From the NCBI GenBank assembly GCA_963555825.3, contig CAUVXB020000002.1, positions 896,001-960,000 on the forward strand: DNA of 64,000 nucleotides, in the 5' to 3' direction. The position numbers and the translations under genes were made by a program. The notes under the pieces were generated by a model. It saw only the letters and a list, made by a program, of their open reading frames with translations, had not been told where the DNA came from and made no database searches. Shown here piece by piece: positions 1-9,928 of this stretch; position 1 is the stretch's first letter; every line of letters starts with the position of its first letter. The DNA comes from Alphaproteobacteria bacterium (GTDB lineage: Bacteria; Pseudomonadota; Alphaproteobacteria; JAAXGF01).

Positions 1-574
1 CGCCGTAGGCGACCGCCTCGGATGTGGCCGCCAAGGCGGTGCCCGAAAGGAAGTTGTTCAACAGCTTCATGGCCTGACCCTGGCCGGCGGCGTCGCCGAC
101 GTGAAAGACGTTCTTCGCCACCGCGTCGAGGGCCCCGCGCAGGCGCTGCAAGAGCGCCGCCGGCGCCGCCCACATGACGGTCAAGGTGCCGGCCACCGCG
201 CCGGCCCTGCCACCGCTCACCGGCGCGTCCGCGTATGCGATCCCGGCCTCGGCCAGATGGCGCTCGATGTCCTGCGCCGCGGCCACGCCGGTGGTTGAGA
301 AATCGACCACCACGGTGGTCGCCCGGCCGCGGGTCGCGGCGATCTCGCGCGCCACCGCGCGGCACGCGTCGCCGTCGGGCAGGCTCAGGAACACGGCGCC
401 GGCGGCCGCGGCCACCTCGGCCGCCGAGGCGGCGGTCGCGGCGCCCTCGGGCGCGCGTTTGCTGGTCCCCGCCCTGTCGTGGACGCGTAAGTCGCAGCCG
501 GCGGCGGCGAGGTTCGCCGCCATCGGCGCACCCATATTGCCGAGGCCGATGAAGCCCAGAATCTCGGTCGCCAT
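1..574 (-). CDS. NAD(P)-dependent oxidoreductase, 3-hydroxyisobutyrate/6-phosphogluconate dehydrogenase family (runs off the window)
   Basis: Manual translation from ATG 574: MATEILGFIGLGNMGAPMAANL (Rossmann motif); later DAPVSGG...GTLTVM. Confidence 0.85.
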   Translation of the reverse strand, partial: MATEILGFIGLGNMGAPMAANLAAAGCDLRVHDRAGTSKRAPEGAATAASAAEVAAAAGAVFLSLPDGDACRAVAREIAATRGRATTVVVDFSTTGVAAAQDIERHLAEAGIAYADAPVSGGRAGAVAGTLTVMWAAPAALLQRLRGALDAVAKNVFHVGDAAGQGQAMKLLNNFLSGTALAATSEAVAYG

Positions 575-670
575 GACGTTCCTCCCCGGTGTCGAGACTA
601 GCGAACCGCTCGGCGAGAATCTACGCGTGTCGAATTGCCGACCGAGAGGCGTCCGGCGGACCGGCGCGCG

Positions 671-1066
671 TTATTTCAGCGCCGCGACGCCCAGGGGCAC
701 GCTGTAGCGTTCGCACCAGATGTAGACCGCGTCGTAGCGCGTGAGGTCGAGCGTGGCGGGCACGTCGTAGACCTGCTCGCCCGTGTTGCTTGCCAGCGGC
801 GCGAGCTGGCTGGCGCGGTCGTAGGTACCGCCGGCGCCGAAGCCGACCTTGGGATCGGGCGCGCCGTCGAAGTTGAAGTTGGACTGCAACACGACCTGGG
901 CGCCGCCCGTCGATTTCAGCACGACGACGTCGCCCGACGTCTTGTGACCACTGGCGCCGTGGAACGCGCCCTGGGCCAGCACCTCCTGGGCGTGGGACAC
1001 GGCCGGCAGCATGAGCGCGGCGGCGAGAAGCATTGGCGCGGCGGCGCGGGACATGAATGAACGCAT
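671..1066 (-). CDS. Secreted DM13-domain protein
   Basis: Signal peptide, then G-F-H-G...H-TSG, F-DGAPD, G-Q-Y, V-IWC-RYSV-LG-A pattern typical of DM13. Confidence 0.85.
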   Translation of the reverse strand: MRSFMSRAAAPMLLAAALMLPAVSHAQEVLAQGAFHGASGHKTSGDVVVLKSTGGAQVVLQSNFNFDGAPDPKVGFGAGGTYDRASQLAPLASNTGEQVYDVPATLDLTRYDAVYIWCERYSVPLGVAALK

Positions 1067-1199
1067 CGGTTCGATCTCCTGGATAGTCGATAAGGTAGTC
1101 CGCCGCGTCGGCGACGCTTCGCTTGGATGAAGATAGGCCGTGCGGCGACCAGATGAACAGGCTCGCCGCCAGCGCCGGGTTCACGTTTGCGCGACCGCG

Positions 1200-1237
1200 G
1201 CAAAAAAGGAGCCCCGCGCGCCGAAGCATGCGGGGCA
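1200..1237 (-). terminator. Rho-independent terminator
   Basis: Minus strand GCCCCGCATG-CTTCGG-CGCGCGGGGC followed by TCCTTTTTT. Confidence 0.65.
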
Positions 1238-1364
1238 GGTTCATCGGGGTAAAGCGAGGTAGAATCCCAATCTAGAGAATATGACGGGACGCCGCATCGA
1301 GGTAGGTCAAGGCGGTCGCCGAATTATCGTCAGAGGCGCGAAAAATTCGCTTCGGCGGGCCGGC

Positions 1365-1904
1365 TCAGCGGTTGGGCACCATGACCATGGTCATCTGGCG
1401 GCCTTCCATCTTCGGCCATTGCTCGATCTTAATGACTTCGCCAAGGTCGTCGCGCACCCGGTCGAGCACCTTCATGCCGAGTTCCTGGTGGACCATCTCG
1501 CGGCCGCGAAAGCGCAGCGTCACCTTGACCTTGTCGCCCTCGTCGAGGAACTTGTTGATCGCGCGCATCTTGACGTCGTAGTCGTGCTGGTTGATGCCCG
1601 GCCGCATCTTGATTTCCTTGACGTCGACGGTCTTCTGGCGCTTGCGTGCCTCGGCCGCCTTCTTCTGGGCGTCGTATTTGAATTTGCCGTAATCGAGCAG
1701 CTTGCAAACGGGTGGGTCGGCGTTGGGCGAGACCTCGACGAGGTCGAGCCCGACTTCACCTGCCATTTCGAGCGCGCGTCCGATCGTGACGACGCCGACT
1801 TGTTCCCCCATTTGATCGACCAGTCGAACCATTGGAACTTCGATCAGGTCGTTGGCGCGCGGTCCCTCGCGGACCGGTGGCGCCGGTGTATGGTGTCGTG
1901 CGAT
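1365..1904 (-). CDS. infC: Translation initiation factor IF-3 (probable ATC start)
   Basis: DYGKFKY, KEIKMRP and LRFRGRE motifs; follows thrS; GAGGAG lies 8 nt before an in-frame ATC at 1904. Confidence 0.95.
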   Translation of the reverse strand: MARHHTPAPPVREGPRANDLIEVPMVRLVDQMGEQVGVVTIGRALEMAGEVGLDLVEVSPNADPPVCKLLDYGKFKYDAQKKAAEARKRQKTVDVKEIKMRPGINQHDYDVKMRAINKFLDEGDKVKVTLRFRGREMVHQELGMKVLDRVRDDLGEVIKIEQWPKMEGRQMTMVMVPNR

Positions 1905-1941
1905 CCCTTGTGCTCCTCGTTAGTGCCGCCCGAGAGCGCGC

Positions 1942-3867
1942 CTAGGCCGCGCGCCGGTCGATGGGCGATCTGGCTTCTTCGGCAAGTCTAGCTATGGCCT
2001 CATCGAGCGCAAGCGATTCTTGCTCGCGCGAGCCCAGGCGGCGGATCGTCACGCCGCGCTCCTCGACCTCGCGCTTGCCGACCGCGAGGATGACGGGAAC
2101 CTTGGCGACGCTGTGCCGACGCACCTTATAGCCGATCTTGTCGCTGCCGGTATCGAGAATCGAACGCAGCCCGGCCGCGTCGAGCGCGGCCTGTACTTCG
2201 GCGCCGTAGCCGTCGGCCGCGTTGGTGATCGTCGCGACGGCGATCTGGACCGGCGCGAGCCACAGCGGCAAGGCGCCGGCGTACTGCTCGATCAGCATGC
2301 CCGTGAAGCGCTCGATCGAGCCGAGGATCGTGCGGTGCAGCATGACCGGCCGGTGCCGCGCGCCGTCCTCGCCGACGTAAGACGCGTCGAGCCGCTCGGG
2401 CAGCACGAAATCGGCCTGCAGCGTGCCGCACTGCCATTCGCGGCCGATCGTGTCACGCAGGTAGAAGTCGAGCTTGGGACCATAGAACGCGCCGTCGCCC
2501 GGGTTCATCGTATAGGCTACACCGGCCTTCTCCGCGGCGTTCCTGAGCGCCGCCTCGGCGCGGTCCCAGACTTCGTCCGAGCCGGCGCGCACGGTTGGCC
2601 GGTCGGCGAAGCGGATCTCGACGTCGTCGAAGCCGAAGTCGCTGTAGATGCCCAGCGCGAGCTTGCAGAACGCCGCGCTCTCGGAGTCGATCTGGTCTTC
2701 GGTACAGAAGATATGGGCGTCGTCCTGGGTGAAGCCACGCACGCGCATCAGGCCGTGCAGCGCGCCCGACGGCTCGTAGCGGAGGCACGAGCCGAATTCG
2801 GCCATGCGCAGCGGCAGGTCGCGGTAGCTCTTCAGGCCGTGGCGGAAGATCTGCACGTGGCACGGGCAGTTCATCGGCTTGAGCGCCAGGGTGCGCTCGT
2901 CCGATTCGACCGTGAACATGTTCTCGCGGAACTTCTCCCAGTGGCCCGAAGCCTCCCACAGCGAGCGGTCGACGAGCTGCGGCGTGTTGACCTCGACGTA
3001 GCCGGCGCGCGTGATCTCGCGGCGCATGTAGTCGACCAGCGTGCGGTGGAGCGTCCAGCCCTTGGGGTGCCAGAAGACCATGCCGACCGCCTCTTCCTGA
3101 AAGTGGAAGAGGTCCATCTCGCGGCCCAGGCGGCGGTGATCGCGGCGCTCGGCCTCCTCGAGCCGGTGCAGGTAGGCGGCGAGGTCCTTGTCCGACGTCC
3201 ATGCGGTGCCGTAGATGCGCTGCAGCATCGCGTTGTTCGAATCGCCGCGCCAGTAGGCGCCGGCCAGTTTCATCAGCTTGAACGCCGAGCCCAGCTTGCC
3301 GGTCGACGGCAGATGCGGGCCCCGGCAGAGGTCGACGAAGCCGCCCTGGCGGTAGAGACCGACGTCCTCGCCCTCGGGGATGCCCGCGATGATCTCGGCC
3401 TTGTAGTCCTCACCTTGTTCCTTGAAGAAGGCGACCGCCGCGTCGCGCTGCCAGACCTCGCGGGTAATCGGCTCGTCGCGCGCGACGATCTCGTGCATGC
3501 GCGCCTCGATCGCCGCCAGATCCTCGGGCGTGAACGGGGTCTCGCGCGCGAAATCGTAGTAAAAGCCGTCTTCGATCGCCGGGCCGATCGTCACTTGCGT
3601 CGCGGGATAGAGTTCCTTGACCGCCTCGGCCATGACATGGGCGGCGTCGTGGCGGATCAACTCGAGCGCGTCGGCGTCCTTGGCCGTGACGATGGCAATT
3701 TCGGCGTCGGCCTCGATCAGCGCGGCGAGGTCGCGCAGCTCGCCGTCGACGCGCACCGCGAGCGCCGCCTTGGCGAGACCGGGGCCAATCGCGGCGGCGA
3801 CCTCGGCGCCCGAGGGCGCCGCGGCGAATTCTTTCGTGTTGCCGTCGGGCAGAGTGATCGTAACCAT
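1942..3867 (-). CDS. thrS: Threonine--tRNA ligase
   Basis: TGS domain, [37 protein letters not shown]. Confidence 0.98.
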   Translation of the reverse strand: MVTITLPDGNTKEFAAAPSGAEVAAAIGPGLAKAALAVRVDGELRDLAALIEADAEIAIVTAKDADALELIRHDAAHVMAEAVKELYPATQVTIGPAIEDGFYYDFARETPFTPEDLAAIEARMHEIVARDEPITREVWQRDAAVAFFKEQGEDYKAEIIAGIPEGEDVGLYRQGGFVDLCRGPHLPSTGKLGSAFKLMKLAGAYWRGDSNNAMLQRIYGTAWTSDKDLAAYLHRLEEAERRDHRRLGREMDLFHFQEEAVGMVFWHPKGWTLHRTLVDYMRREITRAGYVEVNTPQLVDRSLWEASGHWEKFRENMFTVESDERTLALKPMNCPCHVQIFRHGLKSYRDLPLRMAEFGSCLRYEPSGALHGLMRVRGFTQDDAHIFCTEDQIDSESAAFCKLALGIYSDFGFDDVEIRFADRPTVRAGSDEVWDRAEAALRNAAEKAGVAYTMNPGDGAFYGPKLDFYLRDTIGREWQCGTLQADFVLPERLDASYVGEDGARHRPVMLHRTILGSIERFTGMLIEQYAGALPLWLAPVQIAVATITNAADGYGAEVQAALDAAGLRSILDTGSDKIGYKVRRHSVAKVPVILAVGKREVEERGVTIRRLGSREQESLALDEAIARLAEEARSPIDRRAA

Positions 3868-3940
3868 GAGACTCTATGCGATTCCGCGCCGCTCGGGGTT
3901 TCGGTGAAGCGCGCGAAATGTAGAGTGAATCGAAGCGCTG

Positions 3941-5164
3941 TCAAGGCGCATCGCGGCGTCCCCGGCCGGTCTCGGCGAGCAGCTCGTCATAGACGGCGAG
4001 CGTGCGGTCGCACATAGTGTCCTTGGAGTAGTGCGCGCGTACGCGTTCGGTGGCCCGCAGGGCCAGCGCCGCGCGTTCGGCGGGATCGAGCGCCAGTGCC
4101 TCGCGCAGCGCCTCGGCCATGGCTGCCGGGTCGCCCGGCGGCACCAACCAACCGTTCTCGCCGGGTACCACGGTCTCGCGCGCGCCGCCGTGGTCGGTCG
4201 CGATTGTCGGCCGGCCCATCGCCTGGGCCTCGACGATGACGCGGCCGAATGCTTCCGGGTCGAGCGACGCCGACACCGCGACATCGGCCAGCATATAGGC
4301 CGCCGGCATGTCGCGGCAGTGATCCGCGACATGCACGATGCTGGCCAGGCCAAGCTGTGTGATACGCTTTTCGAGCCGCCGGCGGAAGCCCTGGTGGCCG
4401 GCGTCGGAACCGACGAACAGGCAGCGGACGTCATTGCGTCCAAGGATCGCCAGGGCGTCGATCAGGACGGTCTGGCCCTTCCACCGCGTCAGGCGGCCGG
4501 GCAGCATGATGATCGGCATGCCATCGGGCAGCCGCCAGCGGTGTACCAGCTGCTCGAGGCGGCTGGCGCCGACATTGGCCGGATCGAACAGTTTCAGATC
4601 GACGCCGCGCGGCACGATGCGTAGGCGGTCGCTGTCGACGCCGTATTCGCCGCGGACGTGCTCGGCGATGAAGTTCGAGATGGCGATCACCCGGTCGCCC
4701 CGCGCCATCACCGCGTTGTAGCGCTTCTTGGCTGCGGTCGCCGCGCTGTAGACGCCGTGAAAGGTGGTGACGAACGGCCGGCCGGTACGTCGCGCCGCGT
4801 AGTATGCGCTCCACGCCGGTGCGCGCGAGCGCGCGTGCACGATGCCGACGTCATGGCGCTCGATGACGCCGATCAAGCGCTTGATGTTGGCGCGGATGGT
4901 GAACGGATTCTTGCTTGCCAGCGGCAGGGTGACGTGTTGGGCGCCGGCGCGCTGGACGTCGGCGACCAAAGCACCGCCCGACGACGCCACGATGGCGCCC
5001 CAGCCGGCCGTCGTCAGCGCGCGGGCGATCTCCACCGTGCCGCGTTCGACACCGCCCGTCTCGAGCGCCGGCACGACTTGGAGCACGGAGCCCCGTGGCC
5101 GTTCCGCCGGTGCCGTCAAGCTGGTAGCATCGCGGCGAACATCCACCGACGGTTCAGACATCAC
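3941..5164 (-). CDS. Glycosyltransferase family 4
   Basis: GGVERGT, HARSRAPAW, PEAFGRVIVEAQAMG; start codon uncertain. Confidence 0.9.
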   Translation of the reverse strand: MMSEPSVDVRRDATSLTAPAERPRGSVLQVVPALETGGVERGTVEIARALTTAGWGAIVASSGGALVADVQRAGAQHVTLPLASKNPFTIRANIKRLIGVIERHDVGIVHARSRAPAWSAYYAARRTGRPFVTTFHGVYSAATAAKKRYNAVMARGDRVIAISNFIAEHVRGEYGVDSDRLRIVPRGVDLKLFDPANVGASRLEQLVHRWRLPDGMPIIMLPGRLTRWKGQTVLIDALAILGRNDVRCLFVGSDAGHQGFRRRLEKRITQLGLASIVHVADHCRDMPAAYMLADVAVSASLDPEAFGRVIVEAQAMGRPTIATDHGGARETVVPGENGWLVPPGDPAAMAEALREALALDPAERAALALRATERVRAHYSKDTMCDRTLAVYDELLAETGRGRRDAP

Positions 5165-5166
5165 CC

Positions 5167-5943
5167 ATGACCGATCACATTTCCCACAACGGCGCCGAGC
5201 CGCGCCACCTCGGGCGCGCCGACGGCCACAGCATCGCCTACCACGTGCTGGCCGGCAAGTCTCCCGGCGTGGTTTTCCTGGGCGGCCTGATGTCGGATAT
5301 GACCGGTACCAAGGCGATCGCGCTCGAGGACCATTGCCGGGCGGCGGGCCGCGCCTACCTGCGTTTCGACTATCTCGGCCACGGCGCCTCGTCGGGCGTC
5401 TTCACCGACGGCACTATCGGGCGCTGGACCGAGGACGCGCTCGCCGTCCTCGACGGCATCACGCAAGGCCCTCAAGTGTTGGTCGGCTCGAGCCTGGGCG
5501 GCTGGCTGATGCTGCGCGTCGCCCTGGCCCGCCCCGAGCGGATCGCCAGCCTGGTCGGCATCGCCGCCGCGCCGGACTTCACCGAGGCCATGTCCGCCGA
5601 CCTCGACGAGGACGAGCGCACGCGGCTCGCGCGCGACGGTGTAATCGAGCGGCCGTCGGAGTATTCGGAACAACCGTATCGCATCACCCGCGCATTGATC
5701 GAGGACGGCCGCGACCACCTGGTGATGAACGGGCCGATCGACATCGGCTGCCCGGTTCGCCTGCTGCAGGGCATGCGCGACGACGCGGTGCCTTGGCAGA
5801 CCGCGCCGCGGATCGCCGAGCATCTGAGCAGCGCCGACGTCGTGGTCACGCTGGTCAAGGACGGCGATCATCGCCTCTCGAGACCGGCCGACCTGGCGCG
5901 CCTGATGCGCACCGTCGACGCGGTCTGTGCGCTGGCTGGCTAG
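5167..5943 (+). CDS. Alpha/beta hydrolase
   Basis: RFDYLGHG, GSSLGGW nucleophile elbow, D-A-V-P and GDHRLS. Confidence 0.9.
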   Translation: MTDHISHNGAEPRHLGRADGHSIAYHVLAGKSPGVVFLGGLMSDMTGTKAIALEDHCRAAGRAYLRFDYLGHGASSGVFTDGTIGRWTEDALAVLDGITQGPQVLVGSSLGGWLMLRVALARPERIASLVGIAAAPDFTEAMSADLDEDERTRLARDGVIERPSEYSEQPYRITRALIEDGRDHLVMNGPIDIGCPVRLLQGMRDDAVPWQTAPRIAEHLSSADVVVTLVKDGDHRLSRPADLARLMRTVDAVCALAG

Positions 5944-5985
5944 GCTCCCAGGTTGCGTTTGCAATAGCGCGCGGGCTTACCTACC

Positions 5986-6603
5986 ATGACGGCTGGCATC
6001 TTACGGAGTGTGGCCATGTGGCGATTTTCGAGTTTTTCCGGTGGCGCGGCGCGATCGCGCGCCCTCACGATCGGCGGTCTCGTGCTGATCGCGAGCGTCG
6101 TCATCGCGGCGTCTGCCGGCCCGGTGTCCGCGCAGGATAAGGCCACGCTCCACATCGAAGTCGACAAGGCCCATCTCATCCAGCTCGACGAGAACGCCGC
6201 CACCGTGATGATCACCGATCCCGCGATCGCCGATGTCACGGTCGAGTCGCCGCGCCTCATCTTCGTCATCGGCCACGCCGTCGGCGAGACGTCGCTGTTC
6301 ATTCTCGATGCCGACGGCAAACCCATGGTCGACACCACGATCGTCGTCGATGAGCGGGCGGACCTGGTCGAGGCCGAGCCGGACACGCCGGCGCCGGCGA
6401 TTTCGGCTGCGCCGACCGCGGCCAAACAGAAGGAGCGGGAGGTCACGGTGTTCCGCAACGTGACAGCGGAGGATACCCTGACCTGCGAGCCGGTTTGCGG
6501 CGCCGGCGGCGGCGACAAACAACCGGCCGGCGGCAGGTCCAGTCCGACCGAAATCGACCTCGACCCAACCAAATCCAGAGACGTGAAGATCCCGCTCAAA
6601 TAG
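5986..6603 (+). CDS. Pilus-formation N-terminal domain protein (CpaC/RcpA N-terminus-like, no secretin domain)
   Basis: Signal-like segment, then V-ITDPAIADV...GETSLFILDADG. Confidence 0.7.
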   Translation: MTAGILRSVAMWRFSSFSGGAARSRALTIGGLVLIASVVIAASAGPVSAQDKATLHIEVDKAHLIQLDENAATVMITDPAIADVTVESPRLIFVIGHAVGETSLFILDADGKPMVDTTIVVDERADLVEAEPDTPAPAISAAPTAAKQKEREVTVFRNVTAEDTLTCEPVCGAGGGDKQPAGGRSSPTEIDLDPTKSRDVKIPLK

Positions 6604-6643
6604 ACACGACGCACCGCCGCGATGCCGGCTGCCATGCCCGGTG

Positions 6644-7549
6644 TCAATCGTCGGCGGCGTCCGCCCGTTCCTCGTCGAGCAGGGCGGCGAGCCCGGCCTT
6701 GTAGTCCGGGTAGGCGAGCGTCACGCCGAGTTCTTCCTTGATACGTTCGTTTCGCACGCGCTTGTTGTCGGCGTAAAAGCTGCGCGCCATCGGCGAAAGC
6801 GCGGCATCGTCGAAATCGACCAGCGGCGGCGGCGCGACACCGAGAAGTTCGCAGGCATGCTCGACGACCTCGCGCGGCGGCGTCGGCGCATCGTCGCAGA
6901 CGTTATAGGCTTGGCCACCATTGGGCCGCGCGATCGAGGCGCGCAGCACCGCCACGATGTCGTCGACGTGGATGCGCGAGAACACCTGGCCCGGCTTGTC
7001 GATGCGCTTGGCCACGCCGGCCTTGACCGTTGCCAGCATGTTGCGGCCCGGCCCGTAAATGCCGGCGAGGCGGAAGATGTGCACCGGGATGCCGTGGCCC
7101 CACCAGTAGTTGAGCCACAGCGCCTCGGCGGCGGCGCGCCGTTCGCCGCGCTCGCCGGCCGGCGTCGGCGGCGTCGCCTCGTCGACCCAGAGGCCGCGGT
7201 GGTTGCCGTAGACCCCGGTGGTCGAGAGATAGCCGATCCACTCGAGCCGCTCGGCATGGGCGATCTCGGCGGCGTGCGCGTCGAGCACCGGATCGCCCGC
7301 GCCGTCGGGCGGCACCGAACTCATCAGGTGCGTCGCGCCGCCGATCAACGCGCCCGCATTCACGAGCGCGTGGTCGCGGTCGAACCGATAGGTGGCGATA
7401 CCCCGCGCCGTGAGGTCCGCGCAACTCTCCGCCGACCGTGAGGTGCCGGCGACCTGCCAACCGTCGGCGATCAACGTCTCGGCCAGCCTGAGCGCGGTAT
7501 AGCCGAGGCCGAAGCAGAACAGGCGGCGGGTTGGCGGGCCTTCGGACAT
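6644..7549 (-). CDS. SDR / NAD-dependent epimerase family protein
   Basis: FGLGYTA, YLSTTGVYG, RLAGIYGPGR, SRIHVDD. Confidence 0.9.
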   Translation of the reverse strand: MSEGPPTRRLFCFGLGYTALRLAETLIADGWQVAGTSRSAESCADLTARGIATYRFDRDHALVNAGALIGGATHLMSSVPPDGAGDPVLDAHAAEIAHAERLEWIGYLSTTGVYGNHRGLWVDEATPPTPAGERGERRAAAEALWLNYWWGHGIPVHIFRLAGIYGPGRNMLATVKAGVAKRIDKPGQVFSRIHVDDIVAVLRASIARPNGGQAYNVCDDAPTPPREVVEHACELLGVAPPPLVDFDDAALSPMARSFYADNKRVRNERIKEELGVTLAYPDYKAGLAALLDEERADAADD

Positions 7550-7658
7550 CGGGGCGGCACTCTATTGGCGGGGACGAAACGGCGCTTGCGTCGTATCATA
7601 AACTGGCAAATTATCCGCCCCGGGTCGAGCCCCGAGCCGGAGCCAAGAGGAGACGCCC

Positions 7659-8933
7659 ATGACATCGCTGCGCGCGCGCGCCCAGGCGGCCTTCCCCGCC
7701 GGCTCGAACGGCGAGTTCAACCTGCCGCCCGAACTCTCGATGGTCATCGCGCGCGGCGACGGCTGCCGGCTGTGGAACACCGACGGCCGCGAGTTCCTCG
7801 ACTTCTCGATCGGCTGGGGCTCGGTGCTGGTCGGCCACGCCAATCCGGCGGTCACCGAGGCGGTAACGCGCCAGGCCTCGCTCGGCGCCAACTTCGCCTA
7901 CGTCAACGAGAACGCGCTGGCGCTCGCCGAGACGATTCTGAGCCTCAGCCCGGCGTGCGACAGTCTGAGATTCTGCGCCTCGGGCACCGAGGCGACGATG
8001 TACTGCCAGCGCCTGGCGCGCGCCGTCACCGGCAAAGCCAAGATCCTCAAGTTCGAGGGCGCCTATCACGGCGCCAACGACGTCGGCGTCACCAGCCTGT
8101 TCCCGACCCGGCTGCGCGACTTTCCGGAACCCGAGGCGACCAGCGCCGGCATCGCGCCGCCGGTCGGCGACCAGGTCCTTGTCGCGCCGTTCAACGACCT
8201 CGCGATGACGCGGGCCATCGTCGCCGAGCACGTCGCCGACATCGCCGGCATCATCGTCGAGCCGCTGCAGCGTTGCACGCCGCCGGTCGCCGGTTTCCTC
8301 GAGGGCCTGCGCGCGCTGGCCGACGACCATGCCATACCGCTCATCTTCGACGAGGTGGTCACCGGTTTTCGGCTCTCGCTCGGCGGCGCGCAGGAATACT
8401 ACGGCGTCGTCCCCGACCTGGTCGCCTACGGCAAGGCGCTCGGCGGCGGCTATCCGATCGGCGCCTTCGGCGGCCGCGCCGAGATCATGGAATTGGTGCG
8501 CGAGGACCGCTTGGGAACCGACAGCTATGTCTGGATGGCCTCGACGCTGGGCGGCAACCCGATCTCCTGCGCCGCGGCGCGCGCCGCGCTCGGCGTTTTC
8601 GGCGGCGACGGCGTCTACCCGCGGCTGCACGCACTCGGCGACTACCTGCGCGGCGGCATGCGCGACGTGCTCGCCCGACGCCAGATGACCGCGCAGGTCA
8701 TCGGCGATGGGCCGCTCGCCCAGGTCGTGTTCTCCGACCAACCGGTCAGCGACTATCGCAGCATGCGGCGCGGCGACGCCGCCATGGGCCGGTCCGCCAT
8801 GCTCGGGCTGTTTGAGCGCGGCGTCTTCCTCAACCCGATGGGCACCAAGCTCTACCTCTCGATCGCACACGACGAGGCGGTGTGCGACGATTTCCTGGCG
8901 CGCTTCGACGACGCGCTGGCCGGGCTCGCTTGA
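7659..8933 (+). CDS. Class III aminotransferase (glutamate-1-semialdehyde aminomutase-like paralogue)
   Basis: SGTEAT, FEGAYHG, LIFDEVVTGFR, GKALGGGYP (PLP lysine). Confidence 0.88.
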   Translation: MTSLRARAQAAFPAGSNGEFNLPPELSMVIARGDGCRLWNTDGREFLDFSIGWGSVLVGHANPAVTEAVTRQASLGANFAYVNENALALAETILSLSPACDSLRFCASGTEATMYCQRLARAVTGKAKILKFEGAYHGANDVGVTSLFPTRLRDFPEPEATSAGIAPPVGDQVLVAPFNDLAMTRAIVAEHVADIAGIIVEPLQRCTPPVAGFLEGLRALADDHAIPLIFDEVVTGFRLSLGGAQEYYGVVPDLVAYGKALGGGYPIGAFGGRAEIMELVREDRLGTDSYVWMASTLGGNPISCAAARAALGVFGGDGVYPRLHALGDYLRGGMRDVLARRQMTAQVIGDGPLAQVVFSDQPVSDYRSMRRGDAAMGRSAMLGLFERGVFLNPMGTKLYLSIAHDEAVCDDFLARFDDALAGLA

Positions 8934-8944
8934 GACGCCGGGCG

Positions 8945-9718
8945 ATGGCGTTCCGCGTCGCCAGGCATAGCCTCAAGGCCGCCGCCGCTCTCGCCGTGAT
9001 GGCCCTGACGGCTGTGGCGCCGGCCTTCGGTCAGAGCGCTGACGAGAGCGAGTACGCGGCCTGCCTCAAGCTGCTCGATCACGACGCCGAGGCCGCCTTC
9101 GAAAGCGCGCTGGCCTGGCAGGACGCCGGCGGCGGCGCGCCGGCGCGGCACTGCGCCGCGCTCGCCCTGGTGCGGCTCGGTCAGCCGGCCGAGGCGGCCA
9201 CGCGGCTCGAGGCGCTGGCCGCCGACATGGCCGATGCGCGGCCCTGGCTGCGCGCCGGCGTGCTCGCCCAGGCGGGCCAGGCTTGGCTCACCGCCGACCA
9301 GCCCGAGCGCGCCGACGCCGCCTTCACCGTCGCGCTCGAGATCACGCCCGAGGCGCCCGAGCTCTACATCGACCGCGCCCAGGCGCTGGCCCAGGCGGGC
9401 GCCTTCTGGGAGGCGATCGACGACCTCAGCCAGGCCATCGAGCTGGCGCCCGGGCGGGCCGACGCCTACGCCTTCCGCGCCAGCGCGTACCGCTACATCG
9501 ACAATCTGGATCTCGCCCTCGACGACGCCGAGCGCGCGCTGGCGCTCGCGCCCGATGATCCGGTTGCGCTCTTGGAGCGCGGCAACATCCGGCGCCTTCA
9601 GGGCGACGACGCCGGCGCGCGCGCCGATTGGCTTCGGCTCCTCTCGGTGGCGCCGGGCGGCCACGCCGCCGCCGACGCGCGCAGCAATCTCGAACGCCTC
9701 GACGTCAAGACCGACTGA
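8945..9718 (+). CDS. Secreted tetratricopeptide-repeat protein
   Basis: Signal peptide and several TPR-like A-x-D-L-x-x-A-I-x-L-x-P repeats. Confidence 0.85.
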   Translation: MAFRVARHSLKAAAALAVMALTAVAPAFGQSADESEYAACLKLLDHDAEAAFESALAWQDAGGGAPARHCAALALVRLGQPAEAATRLEALAADMADARPWLRAGVLAQAGQAWLTADQPERADAAFTVALEITPEAPELYIDRAQALAQAGAFWEAIDDLSQAIELAPGRADAYAFRASAYRYIDNLDLALDDAERALALAPDDPVALLERGNIRRLQGDDAGARADWLRLLSVAPGGHAAADARSNLERLDVKTD

Positions 9719-9796
9719 CCCCGCCGCGGCGCTCGACGCCATCCCAATATTGCCGCCCCGTCGGTTGTCGATTCACAAGGTGTTTATTCGTCAAAA

Positions 9797-9818
9797 TTTT
9801 AGTAAATTTTTACTAAAA
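9797..9818. promoter_or_regulatory. AT-rich perfect palindrome, operator-like
   Basis: TTTTAGTAAA-TT-TTTACTAAAA in a very AT-rich patch between convergent genes. Confidence 0.45.
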
Positions 9819-9928
9819 ATATTAAAACAACATTCGATTTTGTTTGGTTGGTCTGCGGCGGTGATCCGTTTGGATGGTCTGCAGCGCTGATCCGAAATGC
9901 GGCGGCGCGGGGGTTGGGAGGGCGCGCC

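Noticed and set aside
1200-1320. sRNA between infC and the DM13 gene
   Set aside because: The terminator is adequately explained by the thrS-infC transcript, and the candidate -35/-10 spacing (21 nt) is poor.
5986-6603. Tad/Flp pilus locus
   Set aside because: Only a lone N-terminal-domain gene is present, with no other pilus genes nearby.
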